Positions 8,294-18,069 of a stretch of 64,000 nt of DNA are shown here, one piece after another. The stretch lies in IMG/VR virus record IMGVR_UViG_3300005805_000045, positions 32,001 through 96,000 of that record, one strand, 5' to 3'. The DNA comes from a virus. The notes under the pieces were generated by a model. That model searched no databases. It saw only the letters and a list, made by a program, of their open reading frames with translations, and had not been told where the DNA came from. Position numbers and translations under genes: made by a program. The first letter of the stretch is position 1. Each line of letters starts with the position of its first letter.

Positions 8294-9960
8294 TGAACAA
8301 ACTCCACTTCATTAGCCTGCATTTCAAACTTAGATGGTAGCATAGGTGTGCCATCTGGATTCAAAGGATTACCCTGTTCGTCGGTCATAGGTTGCTGCTG
8401 TTGCTGCATCTGTGCTTGTTGTTCAGGTGGTATTGGATTACCATTAGCATCAACAGTACCAGGAGGTGCATTAGCGATTGCTAGTTGCTTCTCTTGTTCC
8501 ATTTGTGCTTGAATTTCTTGTGCTTCATCGTCGTCAATATGAAGAACATTCTTTCTTACCCATTCCATTGAGTAATATCTGCCTACATATGGATCAACAA
8601 GCTGTAGAAGACCAAGTCTGCTTGTGAGTAGTTCACTCTCTTTTAGTTCTGTGAAGTTATTGTCTTTTTGGAAATCGTACCAAATATCTTCTTTGAACTC
8701 TTTCCATTCTTCTTCGGAGCAAATCTTTTTGAGTACAAGCTGAACACGAAGAATATCGTCGAACATAGTAGAAAACTTGTTTCTAAGTCTCTCAACAAAC
8801 TTATTGAATTTTAATTCGTCTCTTGTGATTTCTGTTGTGCGACCAAGAGAGAAACCAGTTTGTTGTTCAAGCCGTGAAACAGGAACACCAAGTGCCTTGA
8901 ATAGTTTTTTCTCAAAGTATTTTACATCTTCCAACTCACCTAGATTTTGACCACCTGGTAGAGTTGTGATTTCTGTTCCTTTGCCACCTTCACGACGGGG
9001 TAGCCAAAAGTCTTCAAGCATTGATAGATGTTTTCTGTCATCTCTAATCTCACCAGTTGTAGAATCATAAACGAGTTTATTGCGATACTTGACCATAATA
9101 TCACGAAGATATTGTTCGGCTTTGATTGTTGGCATGTTACCAACGTCGATATAGAAAATTCTACGTTCAGGTGCTCTTGATAGTCTGTAAATGACTGTAG
9201 CATCTTCAATCATACGAAGCTGATTGAGTGGCTTGATTGCTTTGTGAAGATATGAAAGAACCATTGCTCTTTTGGCATCCATCAAGCCTGAGTTGACGTT
9301 GACGATAGCATCTACAGCAATCTTGGCACCCATGTTGGAATGTGCACCAATAACACCTCTTTCGTTATAGAGGTAATATTCTTTTTGTGTTTTGATAATT
9401 TCCATACCAGTTTTAGGATCACGAGTCTTTTGGATTTCTCGAATCTTTCTGATACGTCTTGGATCAATATATCGTAACTCTTGAATGCCTAGTGCAGGTG
9501 ATGCTTCATCTACAACAAGGTGATAGAAAACTCTTCCGTCAATATACCATCTCCTAAAGATGTCATGACCCATATTCCCAAAGTTCATGAGCTTGAGAAT
9601 GCGATCAAATTCATCTCTGATTTTAGTCTTTACGCTTTCGGAAATTTTTACATCATCTAGATTGATATCAACAGATTTGCCTTTATCATCCATAACGATT
9701 GCTTCATTGACAATTTCGTCAATAGCCGTTTCAAGCTCGGGCTGCATAGACATTTCCCGATATCTTGTGATAAGCTCAATCTCGTTTCTGACAACACCAT
9801 CAAGATCAACATAAGTGCCATAATAAGCACCCGATTGAATAGTAACGGCACCGTCATCGTTTTGAGGAAGAGCAAACGTTTTTTGTGATGGCTCTTGCTG
9901 ATTCTGTTGTTTGTCGTCTTTTTTACGACCAATTTCAAAGCCGAAAAGTGTTACTGCCAC
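8290..9960 (-). CDS. gp20: portal vertex protein
   Basis: FRRWYIDGR, YLHKAIKPLNQLRMIEDA, MLEDFWLPRREGGKGTEITTLPGGQNLG; GTG start. Confidence 0.98.
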   Translation of the reverse strand: MAVTLFGFEIGRKKDDKQQNQQEPSQKTFALPQNDDGAVTIQSGAYYGTYVDLDGVVRNEIELITRYREMSMQPELETAIDEIVNEAIVMDDKGKSVDINLDDVKISESVKTKIRDEFDRILKLMNFGNMGHDIFRRWYIDGRVFYHLVVDEASPALGIQELRYIDPRRIRKIREIQKTRDPKTGMEIIKTQKEYYLYNERGVIGAHSNMGAKIAVDAIVNVNSGLMDAKRAMVLSYLHKAIKPLNQLRMIEDATVIYRLSRAPERRIFYIDVGNMPTIKAEQYLRDIMVKYRNKLVYDSTTGEIRDDRKHLSMLEDFWLPRREGGKGTEITTLPGGQNLGELEDVKYFEKKLFKALGVPVSRLEQQTGFSLGRTTEITRDELKFNKFVERLRNKFSTMFDDILRVQLVLKKICSEEEWKEFKEDIWYDFQKDNNFTELKESELLTSRLGLLQLVDPYVGRYYSMEWVRKNVLHIDDDEAQEIQAQMEQEKQLAIANAPPGTVDANGNPIPPEQQAQMQQQQQPMTDEQGNPLNPDGTPMLPSKFEMQANEVEFVQ

Positions 9961-9981
9961 AGGCTATGTTCCTTTCAAAAT

Positions 9982-10007
9982 GGGGTGAAGAATGAAATCT
10001 TCACCCC
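9982..10007 (-). terminator. probable intrinsic terminator after tail tube gene
   Basis: Stem GGGGTGAAGA/TCTTCACCCC with 6-nt loop, followed by ATTTTG on the minus strand. Confidence 0.65.
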
Positions 10008-10025
10008 TTGAATTATATAGTTATC

Positions 10026-10661
10026 TTAAACCGAGATACCATTGCCTGGTACTAGAGGACTAAATGGTACGTTAGCCGCAACAGCGTCAGTTGTAGGTCC
10101 ATTCAAGCCATCAACGTATTCCCACCACTGATATGCAAATGTTACTGCATATTCTTCAATGGTATCGTTAGCACCCCAATCAAGTTCAATTGGTGAAATA
10201 TCTATTGGAAATAGACCAACAAACTTATATTTTTTGATTACACCGTCTTGACCCAAAGTTCTTGTCTTTGAATACTGTGTGATATAACCATCTTGTTGAT
10301 ATCCGTTATCGCCCTTTTCAAATGCAGGACTACGAAGATTGTTAACATGTGAATTGAGTCCGCTCATCCACTTTTCGAATGCATCACGAATAACGAAATC
10401 TTCATCATTGATTACTGTAACAGTCCATTCAGTGAATTGACGATTACCAGCAAACTTCAATTCACGACCAAAATAGAACTGTGGAATTTGATTCACTGTT
10501 GACCCAGGCAGCTGTGCTGCCCGAGCCATGAATGAAAACTTGTTTTGTGCTGCGTTTCCACCAGTAACACTTGTTGGAAAAGTCAAATCACACTTGAATA
10601 GATTAGGACGTGCACCGTCATAATTCATTTGTGATCTAAATTCTTGTACTCTAAATGCCAT
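10026..10661 (-). CDS. gp19: tail tube protein
   Basis: GARPNLF, AAQLPGS, GRELKFAGNRQF, WTVTVINDEDF, FPIDISPIELDW. Confidence 0.96.
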   Translation of the reverse strand: MAFRVQEFRSQMNYDGARPNLFKCDLTFPTSVTGGNAAQNKFSFMARAAQLPGSTVNQIPQFYFGRELKFAGNRQFTEWTVTVINDEDFVIRDAFEKWMSGLNSHVNNLRSPAFEKGDNGYQQDGYITQYSKTRTLGQDGVIKKYKFVGLFPIDISPIELDWGANDTIEEYAVTFAYQWWEYVDGLNGPTTDAVAANVPFSPLVPGNGISV

Positions 10662-10685
10662 TTTATAATACTCCTTTATTTGTTA

Positions 10686-10692
10686 TATTTAT
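10686..10692 (-). promoter_or_regulatory. late promoter of gp19
   Basis: TATTTAT on + strand; AAGGAG SD follows. Confidence 0.6.
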
Positions 10693-10708
10693 CTATCATT
10701 TACGAATC

Positions 10709-12406
10709 TTAGAATCTTCCAACAACTTCTTCGAATGCTACGCCAGTACGAACAGCAATGAAGTTTAGCTGGATAAAGTTGATAGAGCGTGCTGGCTTGA
10801 TATAAATGTCGCCAATAAACTCGTTTCTATCAATAACTTCGGGAGTATTATTTGTGGTATCGCAAACAACACGGAAGTCGTAAATACCACGACGACCTTG
10901 TACGTCACGAAGGAATGGCTCTACAAGTGCAACGAACTGGGCTCTTGTGAACTCATCGTTGAACTCGAATAGTGAGTAACGAGCAGCACGAGCAATTGCT
11001 TTTTCTAGTACGATGAATAGACGACGAACGTTGATGCGATCAAAAGCTGATGGCTTAGCAAGCATTGTTTTGTCGCCAAATAGAACAACACCTTCACCAG
11101 GGAATGAAACGACTGGATTGATGCCATTCTTATAAAGATCGTCTCTGTCACCCTTTTGAGCATTCCAAGCAAGTTTCACAACATTCTTGATCTGACCACG
11201 GTTGAAGCCAGCGGGTGAATACCAAGGATCACGCTCAAAGTCTGTGCGAACACAGAGACCAGCAATATCACCGTTCATTGGTACCCAACGATATACGTTG
11301 TTATATTTGTCGAATTGATATTTCCAGTTGTTGTCCATTACTGCATATGATGTTGAGTTATAAAGATTTCTCTTAGAAACTATATCATCAACTTCATCTC
11401 CACTGTTATTAACAACGTCTTCAAAATCTGGTGATACGAAAACAACACAATCTTTACGTGATTCAGCGATATTATCAATGATATATTCAGAAACAGTTTG
11501 AGAGTGTGCACCAGTTAGAAGTAGAGACACATCAACTTCTTCAGCATTAGAGAACTTGTCATATCCAAGAATAAGATCAGAATCTGTTGGCAGACCATAA
11601 CGACCATTTGCCAATGATGCCGTATAGTTAGTTGCATCTTGCTTAAATGTTGTATTAGATGCTGCTGAACCCCAGTTCATATTAGCTGCTACTTCATCTG
11701 GATGATTCATAATGTAAATGTAACGTGATCGATCATTGATGACGTTAACATAATAGTTTGATGAACCATCGTCATTTGTAGCATTTTGTGCTTTTGAAAG
11801 ATATGGGAATTTTTCTAGAACTGTATTTGCCACACCAGTAAACTTGCCCATTTCGTCAAGAATGATAAGATGCATTTCGTCATTAGCACCATTTACGTTA
11901 GAAGCAAATACTGATGTACCAGGAGCTCCATTAAACTCATCTTGATATGTCCAATCAGCAAATGCTGCTGCGTTGGCAGATGCCCATAGAGAAACTTTCA
12001 GTGAATTGCCAAGTTCACCAGGATATCTGGCTGCAAACTGACCAACTGTGTTAGCTGCTGAAAGATCAAGATAGTTGTATTCATAGTCATCTCTATTTCT
12101 GATCAGAGGAGCAACAGAACCTGAAGTCGCATTGTTTGATGTGGTATTTGATGCTGCCCGAACGACACGAAGATTCCGAGCATAAGAAAGGAAGTTTGCA
12201 CAAGTGAAGAATGATCTAAATGTATTAGCGTCTGGTTTACCGAAAGTGTTCACAAGCTCAACTTCATTACCAACTGACACAATGGTTTGTACAGGACCCC
12301 ATTGAAATGCGCCAACGAAACCGCCTTCAGTTGTACCGACGGCAGGCACAATTGTCGTCAAATCAATTTCAGTGACGTTTACGCCTGGACTCAAGAAAAA
12401 TGGCAT
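10709..12406 (-). CDS. gp18: contractile tail sheath protein
   Basis: SPGVNVTEIDLT, WYSPAGFNRG, FDRINVRRLF, KPARSINFIQLNF. Confidence 0.98.
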   Translation of the reverse strand: MPFFLSPGVNVTEIDLTTIVPAVGTTEGGFVGAFQWGPVQTIVSVGNEVELVNTFGKPDANTFRSFFTCANFLSYARNLRVVRAASNTTSNNATSGSVAPLIRNRDDYEYNYLDLSAANTVGQFAARYPGELGNSLKVSLWASANAAAFADWTYQDEFNGAPGTSVFASNVNGANDEMHLIILDEMGKFTGVANTVLEKFPYLSKAQNATNDDGSSNYYVNVINDRSRYIYIMNHPDEVAANMNWGSAASNTTFKQDATNYTASLANGRYGLPTDSDLILGYDKFSNAEEVDVSLLLTGAHSQTVSEYIIDNIAESRKDCVVFVSPDFEDVVNNSGDEVDDIVSKRNLYNSTSYAVMDNNWKYQFDKYNNVYRWVPMNGDIAGLCVRTDFERDPWYSPAGFNRGQIKNVVKLAWNAQKGDRDDLYKNGINPVVSFPGEGVVLFGDKTMLAKPSAFDRINVRRLFIVLEKAIARAARYSLFEFNDEFTRAQFVALVEPFLRDVQGRRGIYDFRVVCDTTNNTPEVIDRNEFIGDIYIKPARSINFIQLNFIAVRTGVAFEEVVGRF

Positions 12407-12450
12407 TTTATCTACTCCTCTAAAGAGTTATTGTTGTTGTTATTGTAAAC

Positions 12451-12457
12451 TATTTAG
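12451..12457 (-). promoter_or_regulatory. late promoter variant (CTAAATA) of gp18
   Basis: TATTTAG on + strand in the gp17-gp18 gap. Confidence 0.45.
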
Positions 12458-12475
12458 ATTTTTGATGTTTTTTAC

Positions 12476-14152
12476 TTACAGTTTGAACTTGTTACTCAAA
12501 ATATCAAATTCAGTGTTATCAAATACGAATCTATTACCCTTACTGACAATCCATTTTTCTCTAGCATCTTGCTCTGGATCATCAAATGGATCGTCTATTC
12601 CGTTGTCCATTAGACCAAATGGTACAAGTTCTTGATCCATGATGTTCATTTGCTCTTGCTGTAGAGTAGCACGAATGTCTGAATTGATGTTTTCTTTGAA
12701 ATATCTTTGAGACGTGAGCCATCCAAAGTGTACTAGAGTCATGGCCAGATCGTCATTGCTACCTTCTTCAGCGGCAAATGAAGTCTTACTAGCTGAGAAC
12801 GTCATAAGTTCCTGAATCGTGTCATAGTCATTCACAATCAGTTTATCTGATTCCACAAGTGTTTTGAGATTGGCACAACCAATAGCTTTGGTCTGTTTGT
12901 TAGTTTTGAGACCGTAAGCAATCTTCTTTTTGAAGCCTGGAGTATGCTGCTGGCCCTGCTTACCCTTCATTTCAATCTTGATTAGATTTTCGTAAGCTAG
13001 TTCATGATGGATAATATCTGAGACTTGAAGTCCAATAGAGTTGATTTCTACAAGAATGAATGCTTCATTATAATAATGAGCAAACTTGACAATCTCTGTA
13101 GGTAGAAGCAGTGGTGCAATCTTGTTGTTTCGGTACTTGGCTACCAATCTATAAGGCAGTTCTGATACGTCTATAATAGAAAAAGTCGAGTAATCAAGAC
13201 CCTGACCTTCTGCTACGTCTACAGTCATTGTGTATGTTCGACCCTTTTCAGGCTCTTTGTAGATGTCAAGAAACCCATCTTTGCGAAGTGGATTGTGCCA
13301 GACAAGTGATCGTAGCTTAACAGGATGAATCAGTGTGTTAGCAGACCCAATGAACTCGCATTCGAACTCTTGACGAAACTGATCTGGTGACGTGTTTCGA
13401 ATAGTCGTTTCTTTCCAGGCTTCGTCTCTACCAGGAACCATTGACCAGTGAATCTCGATAGGCACATACAGGCTTTTCTTCTCTTGTGCTTCTGTCCACA
13501 TCTTGTAAAAGAGATTAAGTCCATTGGGTGTCGAGACAATGATAACCTTTGTTGTGTTACCAGACGAAATCGTAGGATATGTTGACATGAAGAATGATTC
13601 AGCAATGTTGTTGGGTACGAACGCAAACTCGTCAAGGAAGATGACGTTGAATGATCGACCACGAACAGAGCTACCTGATGTTGAGTCTGCTACTGCTTTT
13701 GAACCGTTAGCTAGTTCAAGTGAACCTTTGTTCCATTCGACAACACCTTGCTTCAGAAAGAATGGAAGATATTCAAATGCCAACTGAAGGCGGCTCATGA
13801 TTTCACGAGCAGTCGATGACTTGTTAGCTAGAATGGCTACATTGACGTTCTGATTGAATAGAATATAATGTAGAAGATATGCAACCGATGTTGTCGTTTT
13901 ACCGACTTGGCGTGGAAGTTTACAGATCGAGAATCGATTTTCATGAAAAGATTTAAGCATATCACGTTGGAAATCCCACATCTCGAAAGGCATCAAGCCT
14001 CTATCGACGTTGACGATTCGCATATAGGTTGTGGCAAAGTAGACAGGATCTTCCGAGCATTTGATAAACTCCTTAATCTCGTGCTCAGTAAAGTTGTGCT
14101 GATAATCTATTCTAGGTAGATTAGGATTGTTGTGATAACCAAAATTAGCCAT
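12476..14152 (-). CDS. gp17: terminase large subunit
   Basis: Walker A PRQVGKTT, Walker B IFLDEFAF, STPNG, nuclease DVAEG...DYS, DDLAM. Confidence 0.98.
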   Translation of the reverse strand: MANFGYHNNPNLPRIDYQHNFTEHEIKEFIKCSEDPVYFATTYMRIVNVDRGLMPFEMWDFQRDMLKSFHENRFSICKLPRQVGKTTTSVAYLLHYILFNQNVNVAILANKSSTAREIMSRLQLAFEYLPFFLKQGVVEWNKGSLELANGSKAVADSTSGSSVRGRSFNVIFLDEFAFVPNNIAESFFMSTYPTISSGNTTKVIIVSTPNGLNLFYKMWTEAQEKKSLYVPIEIHWSMVPGRDEAWKETTIRNTSPDQFRQEFECEFIGSANTLIHPVKLRSLVWHNPLRKDGFLDIYKEPEKGRTYTMTVDVAEGQGLDYSTFSIIDVSELPYRLVAKYRNNKIAPLLLPTEIVKFAHYYNEAFILVEINSIGLQVSDIIHHELAYENLIKIEMKGKQGQQHTPGFKKKIAYGLKTNKQTKAIGCANLKTLVESDKLIVNDYDTIQELMTFSASKTSFAAEEGSNDDLAMTLVHFGWLTSQRYFKENINSDIRATLQQEQMNIMDQELVPFGLMDNGIDDPFDDPEQDAREKWIVSKGNRFVFDNTEFDILSNKFKL

Positions 14153-14376
14153 TACTTCTTTTCAATTTTCTTCAGCTTCTTATAGTAGTCAGGGTCTTCT
14201 GATAGGTGCGCCAGAGCGATGTGTCTTGCGACTGATAGCTTGGATGTGTGTTCATGCTCGGTTCTGATGCCCTTTTCAAGCTGACGCTCTATATATTTCT
14301 CCGACACATCATGCTTCTTGGCAAGTGCTGAGATGGACAAAACTCTCTTGTTGAGGAACTGCTTGAAGGTCTTCAT
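14152..14376 (-). CDS. conserved phage hypothetical protein (EHEHT...ALxHL.EDPDYY family, DUF5661-like)
   Basis: GIRTEHEHTSKLSVARHIALAHLSEDPDYYKKL; coupled between gp16 and gp17. Confidence 0.65.
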   Translation of the reverse strand: MKTFKQFLNKRVLSISALAKKHDVSEKYIERQLEKGIRTEHEHTSKLSVARHIALAHLSEDPDYYKKLKKIEKK

Positions 14377-14798
14377 TTGCTCTGTTCTTTGATCTGCTTG
14401 AGTAGGTCCGCTGTGGTCCCAACGAAGACTGCCTTTTCCACATTGATGGCACCGTCAGGCTGTGACGGTTTGCCCTTGACTTCCTTGAGTTCCTTGGTCT
14501 TCTTTTGAAGCTCATACAGGTCCTTGGTCACGTCGGCAATGGTCTTCATCATGGTGGCATAGACTTCATAGGCACGAGGTGATTCGGCCTCGGAAGCCAG
14601 TTTCTGCATGTCGTCCATAGCAAGATTGCCTTTGCGAATCAACTCACGAAATGTGTTGCGGCTCAACTGATAATCAGATTCTTGATCAGGCAAATTGATT
14701 TCAACTGGCTTATCTTCAATCTTTGCTGGTGGTAATATCTCAACTTGAGATTCGATACCTAATGCTTTTGCTAATGGATCTTTCATAGTATCACTCAT
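14373..14798 (-). CDS. gp16: terminase small subunit
   Basis: DYQLSR, ESPRAYEVYATMMK, AVFVGTTADLLK. Confidence 0.93.
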   Translation of the reverse strand: MSDTMKDPLAKALGIESQVEILPPAKIEDKPVEINLPDQESDYQLSRNTFRELIRKGNLAMDDMQKLASEAESPRAYEVYATMMKTIADVTKDLYELQKKTKELKEVKGKPSQPDGAINVEKAVFVGTTADLLKQIKEQSK

Positions 14799-15801
14799 TT
14801 ATATTGGGAAACTCTTGAATAGTTGTAGAGTATCCGAAATCATCACCTGGTTCGGCATCGATTGGATCAGGCTCAACAGTAATCTTGACAAGTTTGAGCG
14901 GTGAAGCATCAAACGTTGATATGTTGTAAACAGCATTTGTTGATACTGCTCGAATCGTATTATTGACTTTGAACTGACCTTGAGCACCACCGATTTGAAT
15001 CTTCTTTAGTTCTGGATTCCATTCATTAACAAAACCGTATGCTGTGGCTGTATCGTAGTTATTTCCTTGATAAACAATATCACCGATCTTGAATGTCGAG
15101 TTAGCACCATTGTTGAGATACATCCGAACGATATTACCAGCAACCAGAGATGGATCGTTGAAGATATTGGCAATAGACTTGCGAATGATCTTTGGTGTTG
15201 TGATTGGACCAAAGAAATAACCCTTGACTGTAAATGTAAAGTTCCAGTTTACATACCGAACAGTATCGTAATTGCCCTCATAAGTGACATTCTGTGTGAC
15301 ACTGTTTAGAATGATAGGAATGTCTTTCAAAAATCCTAGTTCAGACACAGGAGTCATAGTAAGTGTAAAGTCAGGATTGAAATATGGCAAAATCTGCTCT
15401 GCTATATGTGTGCCATCGTCAATTGTCTTTGTGTATAGATTAAGTTCAAAGTTTATGTCATATGGCACACCCATGTACTGTGATGAAACTCTGGATGCTG
15501 TATCACCTTTAGCAACACGAAGGAGTGAGTTCTGCTTTCTAGATTGATCATATCCAATGCCAGTGATTTCAAATGACAGTCTTGGTAGAATGTTCTGAAA
15601 CTCACGAAGCAAGTCTGGATCTGATTCAAGACGTGTTACAAAGTGATCTTTGGGTGCATAAACGATAGGAACTTTCCATCTCTTGATTTCATTGTTACTA
15701 TCTTTCTCTGTTCTAATGATTGTGATGTCATTGAACATCGACCCAAAAATAATGACATATTTTCGTAAGAGTCTGTAATAAAAATGTGTATTACCGAGCG
15801 T
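14791..15801 (-). CDS. gp15: tail sheath stabilizer/terminator; homology extends upstream of the ATG at 15738 to an ACG at 15801
   Basis: VPIVYAPK, LPRLSFE, QILPYFNP; upstream in-frame (T)LGNTHFYYRLLRKYVIIFGSMFND matches the usual gp15 N-terminus; AGGAGG 9 nt before ACG. Confidence 0.9.
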   Translation of the reverse strand, partial: TLGNTHFYYRLLRKYVIIFGSMFNDITIIRTEKDSNNEIKRWKVPIVYAPKDHFVTRLESDPDLLREFQNILPRLSFEITGIGYDQSRKQNSLLRVAKGDTASRVSSQYMGVPYDINFELNLYTKTIDDGTHIAEQILPYFNPDFTLTMTPVSELGFLKDIPIILNSVTQNVTYEGNYDTVRYVNWNFTFTVKGYFFGPITTPKIIRKSIANIFNDPSLVAGNIVRMYLNNGANSTFKIGDIVYQGNNYDTATAYGFVNEWNPELKKIQIGGAQGQFKVNNTIRAVSTNAVYNISTFDASPLKLVKITVEPDPIDAEPGDDFGYSTTIQEFPNINE

Positions 15802-16312
15802 TGGAATAACCCTCCTTTCTTTTTTTCCACCAGAGTTTTCTGGCTTCAGACATTTTTTGTTTTTGTTCCATACTTTTCTTTACACCAAGATGAGTTTCTT
15901 TTAGAATATTTCTATGCGCATCAGAAAGTTTTTTTCCTTTATGCTGCAATCCTATTATTTTTTTTCTCTCATCTGTTATAGAGTGTTTTCCTTTATTTGA
16001 TTTAGAAATTTTCTGTTTAGTTTCTTCAGAGTGTTTTCTACCAATCAGTTTTTGTCTTACTTTTTCTATATGCTCTTTTGTATGTTTTCTTCCAGTCTGT
16101 GCTTTTCTTATTGCAACTAATGTTGCTTCAGCATGTGTTATTTGTCCTGATAATGCTTTCCATGCAATTTCATCTTCCCAATGTCCTAAATCTTCCCATA
16201 GTTGTTTATGTAGATTTGCATGTTCTTCCATTGATACTAAAACAATATTTGACTTTTCGTCTGTTCCACCCATATGTTTAGGTATAATATGGTGTTTATG
16301 ATAAATATTCAT
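15791..16312 (-). mobile_element. free-standing HNH homing endonuclease with NUMOD3 repeats (start ATG 16312 preferred over GTG 16369)
   Basis: HKHHIIPKHMGGTDEKSNIV...EEHANLH HNH motif; GRKHSEETKQKIS repeats; GAGGAG SD before ATG 16312. Confidence 0.88.
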
Positions 16313-16369
16313 ATACTGGTGCTCCTCATTAGCATTAGAGTGGATAGAGACTGCAATCTCGTGATCCAC
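16313..16369 (-). promoter_or_regulatory. structured 5' leader (two hairpins) of HNH gene
   Basis: GTGGAT/ATCCAC stem with inner GAGAT/GTCTC stem; second hairpin TGCT/AGCA overlapping the SD. Confidence 0.55.
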
Positions 16370-16375
16370 ATTTTT

Positions 16376-16382
16376 TATTTAT
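16376..16382 (-). promoter_or_regulatory. late promoter of HNH gene
   Basis: TATTTAT on + strand just after the gp14 stop. Confidence 0.6.
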
Positions 16383-16384
16383 TC

Positions 16385-17257
16385 TTATGGTACTCCAAAT
16401 GGATTGCGTTCGGAGAAGTCAATATAACTATTGGCCTCTGATTGTAGAACTCTGTTATCAAAGAGATCATAGTATGGCGACTCACTGAATGTGTTTGTGA
16501 GAACGATTCGCATATTGGTATTTGAATCCATGCCTCTGATATTAGAGTTGTTGGCAAACTCACCTTTGATTGTGTTCAGAGAAATGATCTTGTTGTTTGG
16601 ATCCCAGTTGCTTACTGATGCTGTGGCTGTGGCTGTAGCAAGTGTATTGCCCTGATATACCGTCTCACCAATTCTATAGTTACCAGAACCAGTCATGTTA
16701 TAGTTCAAAGTAAACACAAAATCATCAGAAATCTCGTCAATTTCTTCAACACCTGTGTTCATATCTTCGTTTGAGTATCTGAAGTTCTCGCAACGTATTT
16801 CATAGATGTATGGGAACTTTCTGCCAAGTGTGAAGAATAGCAACTCATCTTCGACGAACTTTATTTCTAGAACCTTATTCATAACAGGAACAAAGAGTAG
16901 ATCACCTTCTCTGGGTCTTCTTGCTATATTTGTTGGTACATACTTATCAAATGTTCTTTTTGCAAGAACAATGTTTGTGTTTTCTCTAATTTCAAGACCA
17001 AACTTTGAAAAGAAGTCACCATCACCTTCGTAGCCATCTACGTTAGCAATATACATTTCCATTTGATAGGCACGTTCGAACTTTGATTGAATATTCTCAC
17101 CAAATATTTGATCAGTTGTATCCCATGCCTCACGAGGAAGATAGTAGATATCATGACCCATGATTTTAATGGACTCGACAAGCACATCTTCATAAAGTCT
17201 TTGTTCGCCTGTGCGATATTTTGGAGAAAAGTTGTTGAAGTAATGGTTTGTGGCTAT
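16385..17257 (-). CDS. gp14: neck protein; homology extends upstream of GTG 17185 to an ATA at 17257
   Basis: ESIKIMGHDIYYLPR, FFSKFGLEI, RPREGDL, FSERNPFG; upstream in-frame (I)ATNHYFNNFSPKYRTGEQRLYED; AGGAG 9 nt before ATA. Confidence 0.92.
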   Translation of the reverse strand: MATNHYFNNFSPKYRTGEQRLYEDVLVESIKIMGHDIYYLPREAWDTTDQIFGENIQSKFERAYQMEMYIANVDGYEGDGDFFSKFGLEIRENTNIVLAKRTFDKYVPTNIARRPREGDLLFVPVMNKVLEIKFVEDELLFFTLGRKFPYIYEIRCENFRYSNEDMNTGVEEIDEISDDFVFTLNYNMTGSGNYRIGETVYQGNTLATATATASVSNWDPNNKIISLNTIKGEFANNSNIRGMDSNTNMRIVLTNTFSESPYYDLFDNRVLQSEANSYIDFSERNPFGVP

Positions 17258-17261
17258 GGCA

Positions 17262-18038
17262 CTAAACTCCTATATTTTTGACTGTGCCCCTAAACCATTC
17301 ATCTCCGGGACATTCTTTACTTCGTTTATTTATCACACCATTGTTCCACCAAAACGATCCCTTTATATACTTTGCATTATTTGGCGGACGTCCTTTCATT
17401 GTAGCACTTGTTTTAGCATTCATTTGCTTTTTCAATTCAGGATCATGCTGTTTGCCATAAAAAGGATTCTTTTCACCACTAAGAGCATCACTAACTTTTT
17501 TTCTATGTTCATCTGATAAAGGACCCAAGATTTTTCCTTTATTGCTTTCAGATATCTTTCTTTTTGTTTCTTCTGTTTTTTTCTTGCCAGTATTAGATAA
17601 CGATCTCTTTGCGATTTGTTCTAGTGTTTGTGGAGATAGTTTTTTGCGTCCCTCTAAATATTTTTTTTGATATTCTGGATCTTGATGAAGTTTCTTAGAT
17701 GCTTCAGATAGTTTTTCACGAACGTTTTTGTTAGATTGATCATCAATGTGCCAATGGCCAAAATGTTTTTTGCTCAAATTATAATATTTAATGCCCAACT
17801 CGTTATCGGCAATTAATTGAAGCCATTTATGCTCTTGTTCCAACAAAACTTCTTTATCAATATTTTTCTGAATAATACGTCGTTTGAAATTTTCTGGTCT
17901 ACGCCTATATGCATCACGCATTCTTCTAGACGAACAGATGTATCCATCATTTATAGTTCCATAGTGACAGCCGAGATAATACATCTTACGCTTGCTGTCA
18001 TACCAAATATAGATAAATCCTGTCTTTTCTTGGCACAT
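17262..18038 (-). mobile_element. free-standing GIY-YIG (Seg-like) homing endonuclease with NUMOD3 repeats
   Basis: GFIYIWYD...MYYLGCH..DGYICSS, YYNL; KKTEETKRKISES, GEKNPFYGKQH. Confidence 0.85.
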
Positions 18039-18069
18039 AATCGGTTCCCATCATAGATATCTTTAGAGC

